Of a stretch of DNA of 42,863 nt, positions 23,337 to 33,318 are shown piece after piece. Origin of the DNA: Octopus sinensis (Eukaryota); the NCBI RefSeq assembly GCF_006345805.1, contig NW_021835223.1, forward strand, positions 1 through 42,863, in the 5' to 3' direction. Position numbers and translations under genes: made by a program. Under the pieces are notes generated by a model. That model saw nothing but the letters and a program-made list of their open reading frames with translations, ran no database searches and was not told the DNA's origin. Positions within the stretch are counted from its first letter, which is position 1. Each line of letters opens with the position of its first letter.

Positions 23337-23700
23337 TTATGCTTTCTTATGCTTTCCTAATTCTTATGCTTTCCTAAGACTTGATCTCGAAACGTACGTC
23401 CGTAGGTGACTTAAAACTGTATGATAGATTGCCGTTAATTCTTTCTCTCTCACCTGTTTGTGTTTGCCTTTCAAAGGCGTGCCTTTACTGTGATCTCCCT
23501 TTTAGTAGAAGAAATAGCTATAATCTCTTTGACTGCTATTTTCTAAATTCGGTGTGTGTTAAGGCAATTCGTTGCTAAACCCTTAATTGCTTAGTATTAC
23601 TTAAATTTTCCTCGAATGAGGCTTTTACATGCCGAAGACTACTTGGTTGTAATTGATAATTATTCCAAATTAATTAATTTCACCCTTCATTGTTACTCAT
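23337..23700 (+). mobile_element. 5'-truncated diverged copy of family G, keeping only the 3' half of the hammerhead
   Basis: Aligns with the family-G monomer (28300-28515, continued by the 27936-27976 spacer read in reverse and 27977-28050). Contains GAAACGTACGTCCGTAGG and ends at ...ATTGTTACT just before (TA)n. Confidence 0.9.
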
Positions 23701-23729
23701 AGCTATATAATATATATATATATATATAT

Positions 23730-23768
<39 letters not shown>

Positions 23769-23775
23769 TATATAT

Positions 23776-24660
23776 AGAATGAATGTTTTTATATATAATG
23801 AACGTGAATACAGGAAGGAGGAGGCGACGAACACGGAACACAGACAAATCATTCGAAGCCTTCAATCTTCAGTCAGACACCGAATCATCATAGCAAATTT
23901 CGGCTGTTCAATTCTGATATTTGCTCCAACTCGGCCAGCCCCAAGAAAAAAAACTAAGCTGTAAGCATTAGATTTCTTGGTAGAAGACAGGAATGTGAAC
24001 GCACAAGACGGATGTGAATACAAGAGACGAAAACGAAATTGAAAACAGTAATGAAAAAACAAAATGTTATAACGGTGGTTGTCATACGACTTTAGACCAA
24101 ATGAGACAAAAAACAACATAGCAGCTGGCGTAGAAATAATTACCGTTTCGGTAGCGGGGACACATGTTGGTCGAGATACGAAGGCCAACAGAATGGTGAA
24201 GAAGCAGCAGGTCAGGAGAGAGAGAAAGAGAGACAGAGAGAGAGGGAATCAAAGAGGGTGGAAGGCAGGGGACAGAATCAGTGACCAAGAGAGAAGGAGA
24301 AAGAAGGGATTAAGGAGGATGGGAGGAAGAGGGGAGGAGGATGGGAGGAAGAGAGGGGAAGAATCGGAGGGCGCCAAAAAAGTTTGGTGAAGAAGCAATG
24401 GCGGGTAGTAAAAGACAGTGTGTATAGAAGTCGTGCAGGGTTTAAAATTGGACAAACAAACGGGGGGGTGCACGTAACGCCGCAATAATATAAGAATGAA
24501 TGTTTTTATATATAATGAACGTGAAATACAGGAAGGGACGAACACGGAACACAGACAAATCATTCGAAGCCTTCAATCTTCAGTCAGACACCGAATCATC
24601 ATAGCAAATTTCGGCTGTTCAATTCTGATATTTGCTCCAACTCGGCCAGCCCCAAGAAAA
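23776..24660. mobile_element. 717-bp unit with ~165-bp terminal direct repeat, flanked by (TA)n
   Basis: AGAATGAATGTTTTTATATATAATGAACGTG starts at 23776 and 24493, and identity continues to CCCAAGAAAA. Purine-rich centre; no credible coding. Confidence 0.8.
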
Positions 24661-25215
24661 ATATATATGTATTATCCTTATTTATAAATATTTATATATA
24701 CATATATATATATATATATTATCCTTATTTATAAATTTATATATATATATATATATATAAATATTTATAAATAAGGATAATATCGATATTTAAATATCGA
24801 TATCATCAAGTGGCCAGCATGGGAAAAATACCATACAAAGGTAATAATTTTTTACAACTAAAAATAAGGGTGTCTGAGAGACACCACCATGCTGAAATAG
24901 CAGTCAAATCCCTGACTCTAAAAACCACGTTAAATGTTCATATCGCACCATGAGATAAGACAGAGGAACAAAATTGACTAGCAAAAAATATTACTGAATA
25001 ATTCAAGATCCTGGATTACTAGCTTTGCGTTAAATAAGCTTTGCCTCATCAGTTAAATATATCAGATAGGGACATAAATACAAATATATATATGCAGAAC
25101 AAACGTTATACTTACATATACGAACGTCCATACATATGTATACACGTATGTACAAGGCCAATTAAATTGCCCGCCAAACACCTCATAAGCACGACATGGT
25201 CAAAATAAACACCGC

Positions 25216-25420
25216 GTGTCTGTGTTTGTCCCTCTACCATCGCTTGGCAACAGATGTCGGTGTGTTTAACTCCCCGTAACATAGAGATTCGGCAAAGGAC
25301 CCCGATAGAATAAGTACTAGGCTTACAAAAGAATAAGTCCTGGGGTCGATTTGTTCGAGTAGAGGCGGTGACTGCCAGCCATGCCGCAGGGAAATAACAA
25401 ACCAATAAAAGAATAAAAGA
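25216..25420 (+). mobile_element. 3' half of a family-3 SINE
   Basis: GTGTCTGTGTTTGTCC...GATAGAATAAGTACTAGGCTTAC...GGCGGTG. Confidence 0.8.
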
Positions 25421-25507
25421 ATATATATATATAATATATCTATATATATATTTATGATATATGTATATATATATATATCATGCATAAAATATAAATATAC
25501 ATAGATA

Positions 25508-25770
25508 GGCACAGGAGTGGCTGTGTGGTAAGTAGCTTGCTTACCAATGTGTGTGTATATGTTTGTGTGTCTGTGTTTGTCCCCCTAGCATTGCTTGACA
25601 ACCGATGCTGGTGTGTTTACGTCCCCGTCACTTAGCGGTTCGGCAAAAGAGACCGATAGAATAAGTACTGGGCTTACAAAAGAATAAGTCCCGGGGTCGA
25701 GTTGCTCGAGTAAAGGCGGTGCTCCAGCATAGCCGCAGTCAAATGACTGAAACAAGTAAAAGAGTAAAAG
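25508..25770 (+). mobile_element. Family-3 SINE with internal deletion (B box and central domain lost)
   Basis: The head GGCACAGGAGTGGCTGTGTGGTAAGTAGCTTGCTTACCAA joins directly to the (TG) tract and 3' body; tail GTAAAAGAGTAAAAG. Confidence 0.85.
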
Positions 25771-25841
25771 ATAGTACAGAGATTATAAATGTATTTATAT
25801 ATATAAGCCGGCCGATAGAATTTTTTAAAAAAGTTCGTTAT

Positions 25842-25902
25842 TTCTGTATTGAATCAATTTCGGAATTAATCTCATAACAGATTCTTTCCTCTTCAGTAGA
25901 AC
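25842..25902 (-). ncRNA. Near-intact type-I hammerhead motif (family F)
   Basis: Minus strand reads GUUCUA-CUGAAGA-GGAA-(AGAAUCUGUUAUGAGAUUAA)-UUCC-GAAA-UUGA-U-UCAA-UA-CAGAA. Intact core, AUA site, one mismatch at the base of stem I. Confidence 0.65.
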
Positions 25903-26305
25903 ATACGAAAGGTTATAAATAAGATACTTACATGCGAATATGGAAAAAAGCCGAAGCAAAAATCATGAGTACATATAAGTACCCCAGATATATCTAAAAA
26001 TAAAATTCTGTCTAATAATGCCCTCTATACAATATAAATTAATATTTTCAAAAGGTAAAAAATAATTTTCGAATTTTTTTCTCTTATGAGGTTTTTCACG
26101 CTAAGATTCCTTATTAAGAAGTTATCCTTAATTGTTAAATTTATTCCGAAGAAATACTTTTCCTATCCGACATGCAGTTCGAGAAAGCCCGCCATTTACC
26201 GAATATATGATTTATAAACATTTCCATGTGCTTCGCCGGAGAGAGCAGATGTCTGTTCGACTTCGCCAGGTATATTGATCGTTTATTTATGATGTGTTCA
26301 GAATC

Positions 26306-26370
26306 AGTTTCCTGATGAACATAGACGTATTTGATGCGTTAAGTGTTGAAATCACAGGTGATATAGAACT
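26306..26370 (+). ncRNA. Type-I hammerhead motif (F-like), inside a 460-bp unit bounded by ~30-bp direct repeats
   Basis: AGUUUC-CUGAUGA-ACAU-A-GACGUA-UUUGA-UGCGUU-AA-GUGU-U-GAAA-UCAC-AG-GUGA-UA-UAGAACU. TAATAATGCCC(TC)TATACAATATAAAT starts at 26013 and 26473. Confidence 0.55.
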
Positions 26371-26523
26371 AAATTCATTTTTTAATGTCCTGCTTTGAAA
26401 ACTGCATTAGGTACGATTAGTGAAATTTTGGTAGTATGACTTATGTCCCTCTTAGTGTGAGGCATTTATGTGTAATAATGCCCTATACAATATAAATAAA
26501 TAAATAATATATATATATACTAT

Positions 26524-26554
<31 letters not shown>

Positions 26555-27022
26555 ATATATATATATATACATGATGTTTGTATATGTATGTGTTTGTGTA
26601 CATTTTTATCACTGATGTTGTTTATGTATCCCCCTGTAATTTTTTGCGTCTAGCAAGGTACGTATTTTAGTTGACTGCAATCTCTAAAATCGATTATTCT
26701 CTCTTTTTTTTTCTTTTATTCAGTTTTTCGTTTTCAGTGTCTGAAAATACCTTTTGAATAGTTTCGTCTGTCTTCAGTAGTATCTGACACATCAGTCAGC
26801 TTTGTGGAATCTATCATCCCTTGCCATTAATTTCACTACAAAGATTAGTCTTAACCAGAATCAAATCTGACTTTCAATGTTGTTCACTAATGTATATTCC
26901 ATTATTTAATGGCGTCCGTATATTTAAGGGCCTACTTCAAAGTTTATATCTGTATATGTATGTATATGTATGTTTGGTTTAACTATATATATATATATAT
27001 ATATATAATTCTGTTTTTTATA

Positions 27023-27224
27023 TTCTTTTACTTGTTTCAGTCATTTGACTGCGGCCATGCTGGAGCACCGCCGTTTAGTCGAACAAATCGACCCCAGGAG
27101 TTATTCTTTGTAAACCTAGTATTTATTCTATCGTTTTATTTTGCCGAACCGCTAATTTACGGGGACGTAAACACACCACCATCGGTTGTCAAGCGATGGT
27201 GGGGGACAATCACTGACACACAAT

Positions 27225-27225
<1 letters not shown>
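27023..27225 (-). mobile_element. 3' half of a family-3 SINE
   Basis: The reverse complement matches the 25560-25770 body. Confidence 0.85.
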
Positions 27226-27280
<55 letters not shown>

Positions 27281-27569
27281 AGTAACAATAAAGGGTGAAA
27301 TTAATTAATTTGGAATAATTATCAATTACACCAAGTAGTCTTCGGCATGTAAAAGCCTCATTCGAGGAAAATTTAAGTAATACTAAGCAATTAACGGTTT
27401 AGCAACGAATTGCCTCACCACACACCGAATTTAGAAATAGCAGTCAAAGAGTTATAGCTATTTCTTCTACTAAAAGGGAGATCTCAGTAAAAACACAGCA
27501 CTTGAAAAGCAAACACAAACAGGTAAGAGAGAATGAATTGACGGCAATCTATCATACAATTTTAAGTCA

Positions 27570-27661
27570 CCTACGGACGTACGTTTCGAAATCAAGTTTT
27601 AGGAAAGCATAAGAATTAGATAATTCTACCTTACCCAAACTTCTTTTCTCATCAGCGTAGG
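27570..27661 (-). ncRNA. Intact type-I hammerhead ribozyme with 61-nt extended stem II
   Basis: CCUACG-CUGAUGA-[GAAA-AG-AAGUUU-GGG...AGAAUUA-UC-UAAUUCU...CCU-A-AAACUU-GA-UUUC]-GAAA-C-GUAC-G-UC-CGUAGG. All core nucleotides are present, with a 6-bp stem I and palindromic stem III. GUC cleavage is predicted between 27576 and 27575. Confidence 0.9.
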
Positions 27662-28252
27662 ATACTACAATCATGAATGATTGTATATTGAATTTTGAGA
27701 TACTAGAAGGCCAGTATCAGAGCGAGCTAAAAGCCATAACTAGTACCACCAAATTCAAAGTGTGAATGAAAGTTTGTCACCAGCCCCTTCCCACCCGCGT
27801 GTAGCCAAGACAAGATGCAGTGGTCATTTACTGAGATGAAATATGGTTATCAGTAACAATAAAGGGTGAAATTAATTAATTTGGAATAATTATCAATTAC
27901 ACCAAGTAGTCTTCGGCATGTAAAAGCCTCATTCGAGGAAAATTTAAGTAATACTAAGCAATTAAGGGTTTAGCAACGAATGAGGCTTTTACATGCCGAA
28001 GACTACTTGGTGTAATTGATAATTATTCCAAATTAATTAATTTCACCCTTTATTGTTACTGATAACCATATTTCATCTCAGTAAATGACCACAGCATCTT
28101 GTCTTGGCTACATGCGGGTGGGAAGGGGCTGGTGACACAAACTTTCATTCACACTTTGAATTTGGTGGTACTAGTTATGGCTTTTAGCTCGCTCTGATAC
28201 TGGCCTTCTAGTATCTCAAAATTCAATATACAATCATTCATGATTGTAGTAT

Positions 28253-28342
28253 CCTACGCTGATGAGAAAAGAAGTTTGGGTAAGGTAGAATTATCTAATT
28301 CTTATGCTTTCCTAAAACTTGATTTCGAAACGTACGTCCAGG
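28253..28342 (+). ncRNA. Second family-G hammerhead with a 2-nt deletion in stem I
   Basis: Identical core, but GUC is followed by CAGG instead of CGUAGG. Confidence 0.8.
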
Positions 28343-28511
28343 TGACTTAAAATTGTATGATAGATTGCCGTCAATTCATTCTCTCTTACCTGTTTGTTTG
28401 CTTTTCAAGTGCTGTGTTTTTACTGAGATCTCCCTTTTAGTAGAAGAAATAGCTATAACTCTTTGACTGCTATTTCTAAATTCGGTGTGTGGTGAGGCAA
28501 TTCGTTGCTAA

Positions 28512-28562
<51 letters not shown>

Positions 28563-28564
28563 CT

Positions 28565-28651
28565 ACGGCGGGCTTCTTTCAGTTTCCGTCTAACAAATCC
28601 ACTCACAAGGCTTTGTTCGGCCCGTGGCTATAGTAGAAGACACTTGCCCAA
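28565..28651 (-). mobile_element. Central fragment of a family-3 SINE
   Basis: Reverse complement TTGGGCAAGTGTCTTCTACTATAGCC...GCCTTGTGAGTGGATTTGTTAGACGGAAACTGAAAGAAGCCCGCCG. Confidence 0.8.
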
Positions 28652-28746
28652 ACTGCTGTACATGCGTACATATGTGTATATATACATGCGTGTATATATA
28701 CTCATGAGAAACAGCTCTTTACTCTTGAAAATCAGCTTCATGGAAT

Positions 28747-29642
28747 ACCTGAGATCAAGGCGGATAATGATGATATGAAAACTGAAGCGGAAGCGGATAC
28801 ATCTCAAACTACGCGCGAGTTAGCAGCAAGGTTTGATGTTTCGATTCTAGCTGCATTGGACCATCTGAAACATCGGCAACGTAAGAACCTAGACAAGTGG
28901 GTACCACACGAACTGAACAGCCATCAAATGACACGTCGTCTTAAAATTTGCTGTTCTTTGCTGCCACGGCATAAAAGCGAACCATGATTGCTTCGTTTTT
29001 TTTGTGTGTATGAAAAATGGATTCTTTTCAACAATAGCATCGTTCTGCACGGTGGCTGGATAGAGATGAAGTGCCAAAACACAATCCAAAAAAAAAAAAA
29101 AAAGAATATTCACTAAAAAAAGTTAAAGGTGTCTGTTTAGTGATCCAACGATGGTGTCATCCACTACAACTTGGTAAGACAATTAAAGCGAATGTATACA
29201 TCAACCAATTGGATGAAATGATGAGTGAACCTATAATTAAATAACCGAGATTGGTCAATAGAGACAGGCCAATTCTGTTGCACAACAATGCTCGCTTACA
29301 TGTTGCACAAAGAATGCTACTCAAGTCACAGGAAGTGAACTGTCATCCACCATATTCACCATACCTTGCACAAGCTGGCTATCACGTTTTCCAGGCGTTA
29401 GACAACTTTTTGCAAGGAAAAAATTCAAATATGTAGAAGATACAAAAACAGCCGTTTGTGATTTCATCACCTCTTGCTCTCAAAAATTTTTCACTGCCGG
29501 CATAAATAAGCTACCGAGAAACTGGCCAAATTGTGTTGATAATTCAGGTGCATACTTCGATTAACTGTATTGCTTGTTGTTGAGATAAGATAAAATAAAC
29601 TGTCTGTTCCAAATTGGACATTTCATTTTTAATGAACTGATA
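28747..29642 (+). pseudogene. Mariner transposase pseudogene (HTH to C-terminus) with probable 3' TIR
   Basis: TSQTTRELAARFDVS...LDKWVPHEL (WVPHEL motif), RDRPILLHNNARLH, HPPYSPYLAQAGYHVFQALDNFLQGK, ...GAYFD* ending at 29564. Several frameshifts and stops. Confidence 0.95.
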
Positions 29643-29693
29643 TATATATATATTGATATTATTTTATATGCGTAAAGCTAGTAAGCGATCATC

Positions 29694-29837
29694 GTGCAAT
29701 GACTAAAGAAAATAATCTAATATTAGGGCATATAAGCCCTCGACGGGAAAGAGTAGTGCACGCGTACGAGACCCTACTTTTTTCTGTCGAGGTCTTATAT
29801 GCTCCAATATTAGGCTATTATCTATTATTCATTGCAC
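29694..29837. mobile_element. ~145-bp imperfect palindrome (MITE/foldback-like)
   Basis: GTGCAATGA...TAATATTAGGGCATATAAGCCCTCGACGG...GTAG pairs with CTAC...CTGTCGAGGTCTTATATGCTCCAATATTA...TCATTGCAC. A related half-copy is at ~14930-14995. Confidence 0.7.
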
Positions 29838-29859
29838 CGTGAACGGTTATAAGCTTTAG

Positions 29860-30012
29860 GTTTATTCAACACATTCCCCTCTCACATTCGCACCTTTATT
29901 ACAGCGTTCCTACAGTTTTTCTAAGCCCTGTAAAAGAACTCGGAAGATTGGGCCCCGAACCGGGACTTTCGTGATATCTTTAAAGCCAGGAACGTTTCAC
30001 CACCTTCTCGTA
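29860..30012 (-). mobile_element. Mariner-derived non-autonomous fragment (TIR plus last transposase codons)
   Basis: The minus strand starts TACGAGAAGGTGGTGAAACGTTCCTGGCTTT and encodes QGLEKL*ERCNKGANVRGECVE*, resembling the mariner C-terminus GIxKLxxRWxKCVxxxGxYVE. Confidence 0.7.
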
Positions 30013-30032
30013 TATATAGATAGACACACATG

Positions 30033-30077
<45 letters not shown>

Positions 30078-30116
30078 TACAAATATATATATTATATAAT
30101 ATATATATAATATATT

Positions 30117-30152
<36 letters not shown>

Positions 30153-30729
30153 TATGTCTATCCATCCATCTGTCTGTCTATTATATGCACACATTCACAA
30201 AGATGTACTAACCCGGAAGAATCGAATTACAGTTCTCGTTTTGTTTTAAGCACTAATACAATTATGTCTGTTATTATTGCCCCAACGAGAAAATACTAGA
30301 CCATTTGGATTCCTTTCTACTACATTGGTAGCAATAGAATCTATCAATTACGAGACTGCCTTGCGGAACAAGAGCTTGATTTACAACTGTCAATATCTAT
30401 CTTTCACATTTAAAATTCTATAATCGAAATCCTCTTGGTAGGAATATTTCTAACCCATAACTAAGCATTAATGTACATATATTTCTACAATTTCAGTCAA
30501 CAATCTGTAAGTTTGTTGTAGTATATTATGTTGTTTTGGAATAAGAAGAAGACTGTGCCAGTGTGGTGTGTCATAAATTTCGAAGGACTAATGATATTCA
30601 TTGATATACTGAAAGGAAAACATGCAGGGTTTACTTTAATGAATTACTCTTTCAGAAAATAACTACACGGAAGGCATTTTAGGGAAGCAGATCAGAATAA
30701 AATACAACGATATCAACAAATTGAATTAA

Positions 30730-31245
30730 GGCGGCGAGCTAGCAGAAACGTTAGCACACCGGGCAAAATGTTTAGCGGTATTTCGTCTGTCGCTACGTTG
30801 TGAGTTCAAATCCCGCCGAGGTCGACTTTGCCTTTCATCCTTTCGGGGTCGATAAATTAAGTACCAGTTACGCACTGGGGTCGATATTATCGACTTAATC
30901 CGTTTGTCTGTCGTTGTTTGTCCTCTCTGTGTTAAGCGTCTTGTGGGTAGTAAAGAAATAGGTATTACGTCTAGCTTTACGTTCTGAGTTCAAATTCCGC
31001 CGAAATCGACTTCGGCTTTCACCCTTTCGAGATCGATTAAATAAGTACCAATTATGCACTGGGGTAGATGTACTCGACTGAAACCCTTTGCCTGTCTTTT
31101 TCTGTCTCCTCTATGTTTAGCCCCCTGTGGGCAATAAAGAAATAAGAATTGTTAGCAAGCCGAGCAAAATGCTTAGCGGCATTACATCCGTCTGTACGTT
31201 TTGAGCTCAAATATCGTCTACGTCAACCTTGATTTTTATCCTTTC
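30730..31245 (+). mobile_element. Tandem array of family-2 SINE units (one full, two partial and more diverged)
   Basis: Units start near 30730, 30961 (internal restart GGTATT) and 31144. Confidence 0.85.
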
Positions 31246-31267
31246 TGCAAGAATATTGTATGTTTTA

Positions 31268-31468
31268 TCTTTTTTCTGGTTTTAGAGATTGGTTGCGGCG
31301 ATGCTGGGGCACAACCTTGACGTGTTTAATCGAACAAATCGACCCCAGTTGTCAAACACTGGTGGGGAGCAAACACAAACACACCAGTTATACACCACAC
31401 ACACACGCACACATACACACATATATATATATATGTGTATATATATAATATATATATATATTTAGATA

Positions 31469-31502
<34 letters not shown>

Positions 31503-31545
31503 CTATATACAATGCGCTTCTTTCAGTCTCCGTCTACTAAATTCA
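31268..31545 (-). mobile_element. Degenerate, deleted family-3 SINE
   Basis: Patchy reverse-complement match to the family-3 body and central domain. Confidence 0.55.
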
Positions 31546-31650
31546 GCATCCACTATTCCAGTATCCAGATTTCGAAGTTTGCAGTCTACCTTCTTGCTAA
31601 AACGTAATCGTTTACTTACTTCCAATTTGCAGCGAGAAGGTTAGGTATAT

Positions 31651-32049
31651 TCTTTTATACGTTTCAGTCATTTGACTGCGGTCATACTGGAGCACCACCT
31701 TATAGGGTTTTTGCTCGAAGAAATCTTCCCCAGGACTTATTCCTTGTAATCCTGGTACTATATTCTGTCGGACTCTTTTGCCGAACAGCTAAGTTACATG
31801 GATATAAACGCATCACCATCGCTTGACAACCGGTGGTGGGAGGGGTGGGGTCAAACACAGACAAAAAACATATACATATAAATATATATATATGCGACGG
31901 GCTTCTTTTCAGTTTCCGTCTGCCAAACCCACTCACAAGGCTTTGGTTGGCCCGAGGATATAGTAGAAGACACCTGTGCAAGGTGCCACGCTGTAGGACT
32001 GAACCCGGAATCACGTGTTTGAGAAGCAAGCTTCTTAACACACAGCCAC
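31651..32049 (-). mobile_element. Near full-length family-3 SINE
   Basis: Reverse complement TGTGGCTGTGTGTTAAGAAGCTTGC...GGGTTCAGTCC...GCTCCAGTATGACCGCAGTCAAATGACTGAAAC. Confidence 0.9.
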
Positions 32050-33085
32050 AGCTGCGAAATTTATTTAAGTATTACAGATATTAAATATAAGTTGAAATAT
32101 AAAAATTTTAAATTATTATGCAGCTTGGTTATATATTTCATGCCCATTTTTCAATGCGTTTATTTTTTATTACATCTTCCGGAATTCGAACGTATTCAAC
32201 TCTGGAGCAAGGAGAAAACATTACATGAAGGAGTGGTGAGATTTTCATCTCAGGAAAGATCAGCTAAAGTGGAAATCTGGATAACCTTCACATGCGAACT
32301 ATTCCCAGTTTGCAGTAACACTATTATTTTCGAATGAAATTTAAATGTTATAAGCATTAACTATGGTTCCAATTTGGAATTAGTTATAGAGTTTATGTTT
32401 ACGATATCAAATTTCTTACTTAAAATCAATAATCGTTCTATCTTAGTCGTCTACAAATGTGGTTTCTCTGGGGCATTTCAAAATATCCAGAGTTAGTGTA
32501 ATGTTCTGTGTGTTTCTCCATTCTTTTAACATAAGAATAAACGGCTTAAGTCAGCGATAAGTGAGCAATAGTTGATTGGGGAGGAAATTGTAGTACTTCT
32601 CTTATTTATAATGTACATTAGGCAATATTATATTGAATATTTATATTATAATTGGTTATGTGGCAAGATTCAGAGACTTTAAGTGACAGTTAGACTGTCA
32701 GAAGTACAATAACAGATATAATTTATGGGGGACATAATATAATATAAGCAGAGCTACACATTGTAGTATGCGCGAAATTTAAGCTACTTTATAGTAAATA
32801 ATCGGAGAGTTTTCCTTATAGTTTCCAAACAGCAATGTACTTAGGGGAGAGAAACCACTATTTATTAATGCCCTAATAACAGAGTTTGAAACTGGATGGT
32901 ACAAGTCTATTTAGAAAATATTTATACATAAATAATTGGGGTGGAGCAGTAATTTTCAGGAATATGACTGCCTTCGTTTTAGTAGAAATTGATGCCTAAT
33001 AAAAGCGTTATTAATCAACATTAGAATGTAGAAATCCCACCAATGTGTTGTATTTGAATTACTGCAAGTCTTCGGACAAGAAACC

Positions 33086-33318
33086 TATTTCTTTACTGCC
33101 CATAAGGGGCTACACACAGAGCGAACAAACAAGGACAGACAAACGGATTAAGTCGATTACATCGACCCCAGTACTCAACTGGTACTTAATTTATCGACCC
33201 CGAAAGGATGAAAGGCAAAGTCGACCTCGGCGGAATTTGAACTCAGAACGTAGCGGCAGACGAAATACTGCTAAGCATTTTGCCCGGCATGCTAACGTTT
33301 CTGCCAGCTCGCTGCCTT
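33086..33318 (-). mobile_element. Full-length family-2 SINE with 17-bp TSD
   Basis: TCTTCGGACAAGAAACC at 33069-33085 and 33319-33335. Confidence 0.95.

Larger units (their letters stand above)
27281..28515. mobile_element. Family G retrozyme-like repeat: 571-bp monomer as a 1.2-mer tandem plus a 539-bp inverted copy, between (TA)n tracts
   Basis: AGTAACAATAAAGGGTG starts at 27281 and 27852. The arm 27977-28515 is the reverse complement of 27395-27935 (~98% by eye), with a 41-nt spacer. Confidence 0.95.

Noticed and set aside
23779-24687. Duplicated ~60-aa ORF MNVFIYNERE...APTRPAPRK
   Set aside because: It is a by-product of the terminal direct repeat, and the copies differ by indels near the start.
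25011-25065. Minus-strand CUGAUGA-GGC...GC-AAA-GCUAG-UA
   Set aside because: GAAA and stem I are not intact, so it was not counted among the HHRs.
26755-26790. Minus-strand CUGAAGA-CAGAC-GAAAC; likewise plus-strand CUGACGA...GAAAC near 38993
   Set aside because: No stem II or stem I pairing; consistent with chance.
32092-32337. 81-aa ORF in unique sequence
   Set aside because: No recognisable domain, no good splice sites, and a length expected by chance.
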